Shown piece after piece: positions 12,163 through 27,899 of a DNA stretch of 64,000 nucleotides. Location of the stretch: the NCBI GenBank assembly GCA_003971905.1, contig RSEE01000030.1:372001-436000 (forward strand), read 5' to 3'. Every line of letters starts with the position of its first letter. The first letter of the stretch is position 1. Both the position numbers and the translations under genes were made by a program. This DNA comes from Moniliella sp. 'wahieum'. Taxonomy: Eukaryota. The notes below the pieces were generated by a model that did no database searches, was not told the DNA's origin, and saw only the letters and a list, made by a program, of their open reading frames with translations.

Positions 12163-13920
12163 ATGGACCTCTCCGGCTCTGCTCCTGCGCACGGCGAGGC
12201 CGATGCCGCACCGACGGGATCGGAGCCGATCCGGCCCTATGTCCACCGCCACGACGCGGCAGTGGATCTGCCAGCATCGCACCCATCCAACCGCCCCAGT
12301 TGTTCAGGAAGAAACCAGTTCACCGACTTGCCCGGCAACGTGACCATTGGTCCGCAGGCGCAAGTGGTCACCCACAACCTGCGTCGCCGTTTGTTTGTGC
12401 CCTACCCGCAGATGGAGGTGGTGCTAGGGAAGGAAGGTGAATTGCTGAATGCCGACGAGGAGGCTGAGGAGGCCCCCCGCGTCGCCTTCGAAGAAGATAC
12501 GATGCGGGCCCGGCCGGGTCGGAACCGGTCGTACGATTTTGTCCGGGCCATTGTCCTGGCTCGCCGGCGCAGGGTGGAGGCCGATGTGGCTGGCGCCGCG
12601 GACGCTGCGCGGGCCCGCCGACGGGGCCGCACGGCGGGAAGCGGGCCAGGCTGGCGAGGCCAACCCAGCCCTTGCCCAGCCAGTGTCGGGCTGTACAATG
12701 CCTCGGACATGGCGGGCGCCGAGGCGAGTGGGGTGGGTGTTGTTTGACGATGCAGCGTTGGACTTGCCCGACGTGAGCCCCGCTGCGTCGGAGGATGAAG
12801 ACGAACCGGTTCCTGACCCAACCAATGTAGCTGCGCAGGCAACGGGCCAGCGAGGCGGACAAGGCGCTGGAACAGTCGTTGCGGTCTGTTGGTCTGGTGG
12901 CGCCCGTGGCAGGGGCAGGACACAAACTGGCCTCCGAACTGCACCCGGACGATTTGTTCCTCCCGGACCCACGGCCTTGGAAACCGTTGCGTTGGGTGCG
13001 CCGGACCAACCCTCGTCAGCTGCTGGTCTACGTGGCGGGCACGGTCCTGCCCCACACGAGCCCGTGCCCGGGAGCGCGGCAAGGGATACCTGCCCAAAGG
13101 CGGGGAACCGAGGTGGCATTGGCGTTGTCTTTTCGCCTTCGGCCGAGGTGGACCCCTGGGCCAACTGTCAGGGAGCGTCAAGCGGCGAGCTCGTCGGATT
13201 CCGCCACGCCCCTGGTTCAGGTCCGCGCCCAATGGGGACGAGGCGGATCTGCTGGACGTTGTGCCTGCGATCCATGACCGGCGCGAGGGCGACTTGGCTC
13301 GGCGCCTGGAAGCCGTACCGTCAGGGGCGGGTCACGCCGCAAAGGGCTGTCCTGCGTGCCGCGTTGGCCGCACTGGAGTGGATGGATTGGTGGCGTCCCG
13401 CGCCCGGTGGGGCCGGGGCAAAGGCGGTGGTGCTGGCGGTGGCGGAAACCGGGTGGCCAGTGGCATCAGCGATTGGATCCATGGGTGGCGTCGGACGGAT
13501 GATTTGTCGGGTGCCGAAGGCCAGCGCGAGCTAGGTCCTGCCGGATCGCGTGTGCCAGACCGGGACCTGTGGGAACTGTTGGAGGCCGTGGTGGCGCAGT
13601 ACGAAGAGGCGGGATGTGGAGTCTTGTTCTGGGCCTTGCCCGAGTCGACGCCGGGTCTGGTCACGGCGCGCTTGGCCGCGGCCGAGGGGGCAGCTCGGAC
13701 CAAGCAGCAGCCGGCGCTGGTGCGGTGGCGCAAAAAGGAAGCCCAAAACACGGGGAGCCAGCCGCTGAAGAAGCTGGCTTCGAGCAAGCCCAAGCCCAAG
13801 AAGGCCAGTGGCGTTTCCGCCCCCGCTCAATGCTCGGGTTCTGTCCCAAGGCATTGGCTTGGCACTGAGCGCGTCAATTGTCAAAACAACCCGCGCGCTG
13901 CCAAGTACATGTTCAGCTGA
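12163..13920 (+). CDS. Stand-alone fungal RNase H1-like fold protein (Dikarya-like), probably catalytically dead
   Basis: Joining frames gives LLVYVAGT..GGIGVVF..RRLE..TPQRAVLRAALAAL..VVLAVAE..VASGISDWIHGW..VPDRDLWELLEAVVAQYEEAGCGVLFWALP. This matches the motif order of fungal RNase H-like domains. Start uncertain. Confidence 0.75.
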
Positions 13921-14229
13921 ATGGGCCCCTATCCCTGCCTCCCCCACCTTTTTGCCGCATTGCCCCTGTACCTCGCACTCCTGCCTGTCTCTCAAGTATT
14001 GCATACAGACCCCCCCCCCCACCTGTTAGATCTGGATCGGATTAGAACAGGTCTTCCACTCGCCTGGGCATCTCATATCTCATCGCTGAAAAACGAGCGC
14101 AACAAGTCAGTTTCGGCTGATAGAAGCAAGGAACAAGAGAAACCCGTACTTATACCCTTCCACCCCCTAACATCTGCTCGAGTAGTACTGTTCAATATCA
14201 ATGGCCGCATACGATCTTTTTGACATCAC

Positions 14230-15819
14230 AAGTCGATCGCCATAACCTTTTCGATGCAGATGGTTCTCCCGGTTGTTGGGCAGGTTGTAATTGATGCCAC
14301 ACCCATACGTTTGGGGTATCAAACCCACGTGCTCATACCCATACGTCGGTGCATGGTGATCAATACCCGGGCTCCGTTGATGAAATGAGAACTGAGATAC
14401 TAGTATCGCGTCGCGCTCCTTTTGCGCACATGTCGCAGTGCGTACATATGGTGGAGACTTGCAAGTTGTTTTCGCGCATCTTGTCGGTGAGCCAGTCGAC
14501 GTGTGGCATATGCGCCAAAGATGAGACGGCTTGAGTGACGGCCAACGTATCGAACAGACCGTCCACGGCCACGTCACCTTCCCCTCCTCCTTTTCGCGAC
14601 CGGGACAAAAAAACTATCGGAACCCCCGCCTCCAGTACCAACTCTCATCGCACTTCTGACCAAATGCGGATTGGGTCGCTCATCTTGACTTGCTCGTCTC
14701 ATCTCCAGAACGTGTGTGTATGGTAACCGGATCGACAGCAGAGCTCTACGCCCCAGAGGTAACCAATTAGTCATGTGCGCGGGGCACCAACCACAGAGCA
14801 GTACCTACATTTGGGTAGCCGGGGGGGAAAAGTAGCGGTAAATACATATTGGAATGTTAGATCTGGCCTTTGAACTCTAGAATCGAGCAGCGTATCTCGC
14901 TTTCGTCCTACTACGTTCTTGGCCTTGAGAAAGCGGCGGCGAGAATCATATCGAAGACACAGCCGGGTCCTGGTGACGACTTGCACGCCCGCCCCTAGCA
15001 TACCAATGTCCTCGCCGACCGAAGCAGCGCCAATGCCAGCATGGCACAATACGTTCTTGTACACCGAGAGGGTGGGATGTCCGACTGGTTTTTGTGTTGC
15101 CAACTGGCGAGTGGGGGTAATAGGATCAGGACCTGGGGATCTCGGAGGAGAGTACTGATGGAGACTGGAGCATGGCCACTGAAAACCCTCGCGGGTTGAT
15201 CCGTCCCGCTCGAGCCCGGACAACCACACCACGGTCACGGACGATGGTAGAATGGCGTGTGGTTTCAATTGGATGTGGCCGAGGGCGTTGCCCACAAGGT
15301 GTATAGTAGGCAACACATCATAATAGATGCCGCGTCCCAGGCCGCCCTTTCAGCCAAGCGAATGGAAGGCGCGGGGACGATTTGATTTCGCAAGACGACT
15401 CAAAAACGCGCGTGCCATCGTATACATGGCGCGTTGAGGCCGCTCACGGTGGAGAGGAGAGAAGGAGAAGGCGAAGGCGAAGGAAGGAGAAGGAGACGAT
15501 GGCGGTGCGGCCGGGGCGAAAGGACGGTTGGCGGGATATATGGGTGCTGTGGGGCAAACCAACCCAGTGGCTTGGGATCTTTGTCAGCATTGTCATATTC
15601 ATATGCCCCCGGAATTTGAAACTTGTGTTTCAAATGGCGCCAAGGACGAAGCGGGCGGAACCGAGCGGAACGGTGAAGGCGCATTGGTGCGGCCCCGTGG
15701 CAGGGGGGCGGAATGATCACACTGGCGCTGTGCGCTGCGCTCGTTCGCTGGCGTCGTGGCGGCCCACGCCGACGTGGTAGCAGCTTGGCATGGCAGCTGG
15801 CTGGCCGTAGGCATCGCAT
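14230..15819 (-). CDS. Possible hypothetical gene divergent from DBP2
   Basis: Successive - strand ORF fragments 15400-15819, 14771-15316, 14574-14774 and 14360-14641 with protein-like text. No family recognised. Confidence 0.3.
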
Positions 15820-15912
15820 CTCGTCTTGCGCGCCTCGGCCCCACCTGCCCCTTGTCCTGTCCCATCATCCACATTGTCCCATCTGGACGTGCTTGCAACT
15901 GCCAGATTGAAC

Positions 15913-18452
<2,540 letters not shown>

Positions 18453-19538
18453 GGCGCATCTTCCCCCCTCTGTAGTAGCTGCTTGCTGGCTTCCTGGCCG
18501 CCATGTGCCGGGGTGAGGCGGCGTAGTGGAGGGTGCTGTATGCGATCTGTATGGGGATCCTCTGTGGCCGTTGCTCCACTGATGAAGTTTTCTTTCTTTG
18601 TTTGCTTAGGCTGGGATGGGATGGGGTGTGCGACGCAAGGCAGAGACTAAGGATGGCAGAGAGCGAGGGGGGGCGATCGGGCGACAGGATGATGGATGGG
18701 ATGATGTGCACTACATGCACGTGGCTCCACACGCGCATGCAGCTTTGCGTGTGCTGCAGCTGCATTTGCGCTCGCTCGGCAGGCTGCACTGGCGCGGTGG
18801 CTGGGCGGCGGCGGCGGCCCAAGTAGGACAGGCGGCTGGCGTGCGTGCTCCGCATGCCCCTGGCATGCGACAGCTGTCGGGCCACAGTGGCCGCGGGGGG
18901 CGCATGCGCATGCGCAGCCGCCGCTGCCTGCCGCCGCCCGCGCGAGGGGAGCGCCGGTAGCACTGGCGTCGCCGGTAGGGCCACCTGCTCGCGGCTGGGT
19001 CCTGCGCTAGGCCTTCCTCTGCCCTCTGCGCAGCTCGGCGGCAGTGCGTGTCCGTCGGCGCACACAGGCGCAGACACGCCGCCCCGCCACCCCCCCGCAG
19101 TGGGTGCTGCGGGCACTCGGGCGCACGTGCCACCACACCAACCCAACACCAGCGCGCGAGCACCGCCAGGGCGCGCCACAATGCCCCCCCTCCATGGCCC
19201 AATCCAAGGGGGCGCGGGGCGCAGCACCACCCCATCCTGCATCCACGCTGCCGCTGCCACGTCACACGGCCCACATCACCCCTCGCGCGCCCCTCACGCG
19301 TCGCCTGTCGCCCCCACTCCGTCACGCGCCGTGGGTGGATGCTTCCCCAGGCATCACACAGCAAACAGCATCCTCACGCTCACGCGTCACCCACCCCACC
19401 CCCTCCGCCGCCGCTGCGGTGAGCGTCAGCCTTCAGCACGGCGTCTCGCGCGGCCCCTGCGCCGCCAGCCGCCCTTTTCAGCCCGCCTCTGGCCACCGCC
19501 TGCGTCTCTGCTCCACCACCCCTCCCCCCCACACCACC

Positions 19539-21202
<1,664 letters not shown>

Positions 21203-22115
21203 GCTACCTGTCACGGATGCCACTGGCCGCTCCGGATCCGGATCTGGGTCGTGGTGGTGCTGTGTGGTTTGGACCAGGTTGGTGGGATAGCTTGGGATTG
21301 GCGCTTGGCGCGCGCGCTCGTTTTGCTTTGATGGATCGTATGGGATTCTGGCACGTGTAGGATGGTTCCACGTCGGGCGCGATGCGCATGGTTGGTTCTA
21401 CGATCTCCGCCCCCAACTGGATGTTTCCACGTTCGTTGACGTGCCTCTTATTTGTCGCCCGGGAACTGGGTGGGTGTATGGATAGTCTAGTTTGGCGTGG
21501 TTGGTTTCAAGCGGGCGGACACAGGTCGGTTCGGCTTGTCTGTCTGAGCCCACGCAGTGGGTGGGGCATGGGCGCTCGCCGGCGGGCAGGCTGGTACTGG
21601 TCCCAAAAGCCTGCTGCGTCCGTCGTCGAGAATAAGGGGATTTGGAGTGCATGTATGACAGTGGTGCCGTGAGAGCTTCGAACATAGACCTCGGCAGACA
21701 ACTTCCCTTCGCTATTCTGTAACACTCTTCCATCCCCCGTTGCATTCTATACGGCCTCAAGTGCGGTTTGTACTTTGTACGTTCGGTGTACGAAGGGGGA
21801 CTGGAAGATGGCCGCTATCAAACTTAAAGCTGAAACCTGGAACCGGCCTTTGGCATCAAGGAGGATACAGAGAGCGTATACAGCCTGCGATACCCAATGA
21901 TCTTGATGATCGTTGAGGCATCAAATGCGTCTTCAAGGAGCATCGAAACAGAGGGGACCGTGCACCTCTTGGTGCATTTCCATTTCCGCCCTGCCGGCTG
22001 GACGGGCGTAGAGTAGAACATTTCATCTCATTTTGTCCGTCGCAGCGCTTTCTTTCCCGTTCCACCGCCACCTCGCTCTTCTCCCTTGCCACCGCCTTGC
22101 CACCGCCTTGCCACC

Positions 22116-23978
22116 ATGGATTCACGCACTGTTGGCCTTCTGGGGGGCGGCCAGCTGGGCGCATGTTCGGCTGCGCACAGCGCCTCAATGTGCGGGTACT
22201 TTTTCCCGATGTGGGAACCAGGCGCCTGCCAAGCAGGTTGCCTATGAGCCCGGCCCTCCCGGCCAGCTCTTGGCGCATGTCGATGGCTCCTTTGCTGACC
22301 CAGCCAAGATCGAAGAGCTGGCGAGCAAGGTGGACGTGCTGACGGTTGAGATTGAACATGTCGATGCGGATCATCTGCAACGTGTTCTGGATCAGGGCCT
22401 GGTGCAGGCTGTGCATCCTTCCCCCCAGACGCTCAAGACGATTCAAGACAAGTACCAGCAAAAGATCCACCTTTCCTCTCAGGGTATCCCGGTCGCTGAC
22501 TACCTTGCCATTGATCCGGATGTCCCCAAGGGTCAAACGCCCGACCCGATTCGGCTCGAGGAGAGCACCCGCGATGCCGCCGACGCATTTGGCTTGCCTC
22601 TTCTGCTCAAGTCCCGTCGTCAGGCCTACGATGGCAAGGGCAACTTTGTTCTGCGTACGATTGAGGAAATTCCTCGGGCGATTGCCGCCTTGAGTGCGGG
22701 AAAGGCGGGGCTGTATGCGGAGAAGATGGTGGACTTTGTTGCTGAAGTGGCTGTGATGGTCGTGCGTGGTGAACAGGGCGAGGTGGTGAGCTACTCTGCT
22801 GTTGAAACGGTGCACCGGGACAACATTTGCCACACCGTCTTTGCGCCCTACGAAGCGAGGACCCGGATGTGGAGCCCCGTGCCAGGGCGATCGCGGAGCG
22901 GGCGGTGGCCACCTTTTCAGGTGCCGGCGTGTTTGGCGTCGAGATGTTCTTACTGGCTGATGGCGAGCTGCTGGTCAACGAGATTGCGCCCCGCCCCCAT
23001 AACTCGGGCCACTACACGATCGAAGCGTGCGAAACGTCACAGTACGAGAACCACCTGCGTGCCGTGCTGGGTCTCCCCCTTGGCTCCACTGCCCTCGCCG
23101 TCCCAGCGGCCGGGATGATCAACATTCTGGGGCTGGCGGATCTGGACAAGGATCCAGCGGCGCTTCAACGCACCTACCTTTCCGCTCGCGCGAGCTTGCA
23201 TGTGCCTGGGGCCAGCTTGCACCTGTATGGAAAGACAGGCTGTCGCAAGGGACGGAAAATGGGCCACATCACCGTCGTGGGTCCAACGGATGCGGCGGTA
23301 CATGCGCGCATCAGTGCGCTGGACACGATGCAAGAGGCAGGCCGGACGGTTCCCAGTCACGAACTGGAAAACCGGCTGCTGGTATCGCGTACGGCGTTGG
23401 AAGAGGCTGGCGATGCGGCACCCGAATCGATTTACCAACCCAAGTCGGCAGCGGACTTCCAGCACCCGGAGCCACTGGTGGGCATCGTCATGGGCTCCGA
23501 CTCGGACTTGCCAGTGATGCTGGCCGCGGCCGAGGTGATGAAGGATTTTGGTGTGCCGTTTGAACTGACCATTACCTCGGCGCATCGGACGCCGGACCGG
23601 ATGCGGGACTATGCGCGGGGCGCTGCGCCGCGCGGGCTGCGGGTGATCATTGCCGGTGCTGGTGGCGCGGCGCATTTGCCTGGCATGGTGGCTGCGCAGA
23701 CGGCGTTGCCGGTGATTGGTGTGCCGGTCAAGGGATCGACGTTGGGCGGGGTAGACTCGCTGCATAGTATTGTGCAGATGCCGCGCGGCATCCCGGTCGC
23801 CACGGTGGCAATCAACAATGCCATGAACGCTGGCTTGCTCGCCGTGCGCATCTTGGCCGCCTCCAACCCCGTCTTTCTCGCCCGCATGCAAAAGTACATG
23901 GACGATATGTGCCAGGGCGTGTACGACAAGGTGTCCCGGCTCGAGGATCTGGGCTGGAACTACACGGCTAAGAAGTGA
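22116..23978 (+). CDS. ADE2: Phosphoribosylaminoimidazole carboxylase (fungal PurK-PurE fusion)
   Basis: Motifs [81 protein letters not shown] and [18 protein letters not shown]. Confidence 0.97.
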
Positions 23979-23980
23979 AG

Positions 23981-24063
23981 CCAACCAAACCACTCCAAAC
24001 CAACCCAAACCAACCCAACCCAAAGCCAAACCAAACCAAAGCAACGCAACGCAACGCAAACCA
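23981..24063 (+). repeat. Compound pentanucleotide microsatellite (CCAAA/CCAAC/GCAAC)n in the ADE2 3' region
   Basis: Sequence ccaaccaaaccactccaaaccaacccaaaccaacccaacccaaagccaaaccaaaccaaagcaacgcaacgcaacgcaaacca. Confidence 0.85.
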
Positions 24064-24917
24064 AGTACATACAGGACAGATGCGGCTTTTCGGGACACGG
24101 TGTTGTGCTTGTCTTCGTGATCAATACTATACTTGTCCTACTAGATGGATGAAGCTGAAGAACGGTGAACTGATATGATCCACCAGTCAAATCGCATTTC
24201 TTGCATCGCACGTACTACGCTCGCCGTCCGAGTCATCAGCTTGCAGCGCTGGGATCTGTATCTGAACAAGAGGGGCAGGGTACCTGGTCAGCTTACGCCT
24301 AATTTAACGTAGTAGTGTAGCGTGTATTCCACAATCTGCTCGTGACCGCCCCCCCCCGGTGGGTCCTCGAGGGCACATGATCGCATCCCCCACCTTCTTG
24401 GAGTCGATCACGAAACGGTGCGGAATCCGCATCCTGTGGCTACAATCCGCCTGGGGCGCAGGCGCGTCGCGAACAGTCGAGCGTACGCATGGATAGGATG
24501 CACGAGAGAGACCGAGGAGAGAAGGAACACTGGTGAATGGAATGTCGACTATAGTACCTGTAGTCCTCCCATCAATCAACCAATCAAAGTTCTCCACACC
24601 CATACCCCAATCGAATCGGAGCACCGTCGGCTCGAGACGCCCAGTCCCAGCCGCAGCGCACGCCGGCTCGTCGAGGACCATGATGCATGAGGAGTCAAGT
24701 GGCTAGAGACTGCGTTGCCCGTGACGGTTTGTTCTGCTAGCAATGCCTGGGCTATTCTCTTGCTCGCCCGCGGCGGAGCGTGAGTGGTTAAGGAATGGCC
24801 TGTCGCTGGGGTGCACGGCTGGCAGTCAGCGTGGTAGGAGGGAGTAATGTGGACTCAGAGGAGTACTCAGACCAAGTACCGATGCACCGATGCAGATGCA
24901 TAGGGTTGAACGTTGGT

Positions 24918-24962
24918 TGAACGTTGAACGTTAAACGTTAAATTTTAAACGTTAACCGGTAA
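24918..24962 (+). repeat. 7-nt-phased TRA-N4 array with 7 units
   Basis: TGA ACGT TGA ACGT TAA ACGT TAA ATTT TAA ACGT TAA CCGG TAA. Confidence 0.9.
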
Positions 24963-25387
24963 CCCTATCCGGCCGCCGGGGGTTTGCCACCCTGGCACTG
25001 AGCGTCAGCGGCGTGGGGCGGGGCAGGGGGCGAGTGTAGCAGCCCAGCTGAGCTCAGCGCTCGGCTGCTCACTGAGCGTTTTTTGTGTGACGGGTGACGG
25101 GTGACGCATGAGGTGGACAACGCCACCCGCTTAGCGGAGCGCTTACTCGCTTACGCAAGCAGCCGGGCAGGCGCGGGCGCATGCGTGGCCGCGCGCCCCA
25201 CTCGTCTACACTGGCTCCCCGCCGCCTGCTGCTGCGTCGGCTGGCCGACGTGTCGCCCCGCCGCCTTGCCTCCGCCTCGCCTCTGCCCCACCACTCGTGC
25301 TGCCTCTGCCCGCTGCCCGTCTCCCCTGCTGGTGCGTCCCGCCCCCGCTCCCTGTCCGCTGCCCCGCTGACCCTCCGTCTGCCAGCC

Positions 25388-26186
25388 ATGTCCGCCCCCG
25401 CGAAGACTCTGTCTACCTCGCCAAGCTCGCCGAGCAGGCGGAGCGCTACGATGAGATGGTCGAGCAGATGAAGGCCGTTGCCTCCACCGACCAGGAACTC
25501 ACCGTCGAGGAGCGCAACCTCCTCTCGGTTGCCTACAAGAACGTCATTGGTGCCCGCCGTGCCTCGTGGCGCATTGCCTCCTCCATCGAGCAGAAGGAGG
25601 AGAGCAAGGGCAACGAGCACCACGTCGCCATGATCAAGACCTACCGCGAGAAGATCGAGGCTGAGCTGGCCAAGATCTGCGAGGACATTCTTGCTGTGCT
25701 CGACAAGCACCTCATCCCCTCGGCCCAGTCGGGCGAGAGCAAAGTCTTCTACCACAAGATGAAGGGCGACTACTACCGCTACCTTGCCGAGTTTGCCACG
25801 GGCGAGCGGAGGAAGGAAGCGGCCGACAAGTCGCTGGAGGCCTACCAAGCTGCCTCGGACGTTGCCGTGACCGACTTGCCGCCCACCCACCCCATCCCCT
25901 CGGCCTGGCTCTCAACTTCTCGGTGTTCTACTATGAGATTCTCAACTCGCCCGATCGCGCCTGCCACCTTGCCAAGCAGGCGTTTGATGATGCCATTGCC
26001 GAGCTCGACACGCTGTCGGAGGAGTCCTACAAGGACTCGACGCTCATCATGCAGCTCTTGCGCGACAACCTTACCCTCTGGACTTCGGACATGCAGAGAA
26101 CGAGCAGCGGGCGCCCGAAGCTGAGGCCGCTCCTGCGCCAGAGGCCTCTGCCCCTGAAGAGGCACCCAGCCCAGGAGACGGCCTAA
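25388..26186 (+). CDS. BMH1: 14-3-3 protein; probable 5'UTR intron 25332-25385
   Basis: Motifs [69 protein letters not shown] and [24 protein letters not shown]. Confidence 0.98.
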
Positions 26187-26599
26187 GGCCTCCGTTCATG
26201 CATCCTTTTTTCCTGCTTGATAACGGATCTGGCCGGCATGCACCTTTCTTCACCTTCTCTTTTCCCTCTTGGCCGCAGTGGGGGCGGGTGCACAGCCGCC
26301 CGTTCCTGGCCCCCTTGACCTCACTCTCCTGATCCTGTTGCTACAAAGCCACTTGTTTGTGTGTGTGTCCGTGTGTTTTTTTTTCTAGTCCTCCTTTGGG
26401 TTTTTGCCAGCCTCGTTCCTCATGTGTCTCTCTGGATGAAAATCGGTGAGCATGGGAACCACTCGAGCCATCCAGACCAGCCCGCCAGGATTGATTGTGC
26501 TGCTTCCCTAGCCACGGACCCACCCCCATCCTTACCCCCCGCCCCTTCTCAGTCTTCATAGTTATCAGCTCCCATTCGCCATCCCGTCGTGAACTCCGA

Positions 26600-27647
26600 T
26601 GGCTCATAGATCTACCACTTCGCGCCGCTTGGTGCGGCCGTGCGGCCTAGCGCGACGCGCCGTTCGATAAAGCCATCGCCTGGACTCCAAAAACCCGCAA
26701 GTCGAGGCTACCATCTTGGAGGGGAAGTAGAGCCAGGCAGTCGCAAAAGGGGGTGGGGGGGGGCGAGAGTGGATGCGGACCAAATATCCAAGCACGTAAC
26801 GACAGAGGGCCAGCATGACATGACTATAGTAGTAGGACAAACCAGCCCGAACCCGCACGAACAGCATGAACAATCACAGTACGAACACTGGTCCTACCCC
26901 AGGCGTTCTGGCCCACACACTGCGGAGGGATACTACTGCCCTGGTGAGCAGCAAGGTTGCGTCGACGGGCGGTTGGCGCACTTGTCTGCTGGGGGTGTTG
27001 CTGTTCTGCCCGGACGGGAGGCGAGGATTGGTGCCCGTGCTCGGCCGTACTTGCCATGCCATCGGTAGCTGCACCCGGCCCCCAACGCCAGGGGGTCGTA
27101 CTACCGCCACGGCTATGGCTCCTTCTTGTGCCCGAGGGGTGCACTGTATGTGCTTTGCACAGTCAAGGTGGGGGATAGGCGCGGAGAGGGGGGCAGGAGA
27201 GAACGAGAAGATGGAGGGTGTTGCACCCGCAGCAAACGTCTGCATCAGGGTAAAACAAAAACAAAGGGCCGACATCAGGTACTGTATACGCACCCCTGCC
27301 AATCCAGAGCAAAGAGCTCCAGCTCCATCAAGGGGGAGAACCCCCCTCCTGCTCCCTAACGCTGTGCATGGGATGCCCGAGGGATCAAAGGGTGACCACC
27401 AAGGAAGGGTACTATATCCCACCCCGCACGACAAGCATCTCTTTGCATCTCTCCGTGCCGGTTCCACGCGCTCGCATCTACCTTCCTCGTGCCTCGGGAT
27501 CGCTATGGCCAAACGTCCCACGCTCAACAATAGCAATGTCCAGCGCTCAGTGCTCAGCTCGGCGCTCACGAACGAGGGCCCAGCAAAACGAGCTCCTATC
27601 TTAACGGTCCATAGTAGCCAGTGTGGTTGTCGCAGGCCCATATGCAT
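26600..27647 (-). CDS. Hypothetical, possibly membrane protein
   Basis: 257-aa ORF 26874-27647 with hydrophobic segments (WTLLLLSVGRLAIAIP; QYLMSALCFCFTLMQTFAAG), continued by the hydrophobic ORF 26604-26873. Confidence 0.35.
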
Positions 27648-27899
27648 TACAAGGAGACGGTGAGGTGTGGGCGGAGGACGGGGTAAGGGTAGCGGTAGAT
27701 CTTAGATCTACATCGTACTAGGAGAAGGAAAGAGCTCGTGTAAAAAGCGGCGGGGGTCAAGCTCAAGACTGCGGGCCGGGACGGGGACAGGGACAAGCAA
27801 AAAGAATAAGGCGGGACCAAAGGGAAAGGGAGACAACATAGGGCCCAACCGAGTCCCAAAGGGAAACTCGGTTGGTCTGCAAGCTCGGCACTCAACGGT

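Noticed and set aside
12163..13920. Retrotransposon inferred from the RNase H domain
   Set aside because: No RT (YxDD), integrase, gag or LTRs were seen. The motif pattern fits stand-alone fungal RNase H-like genes.
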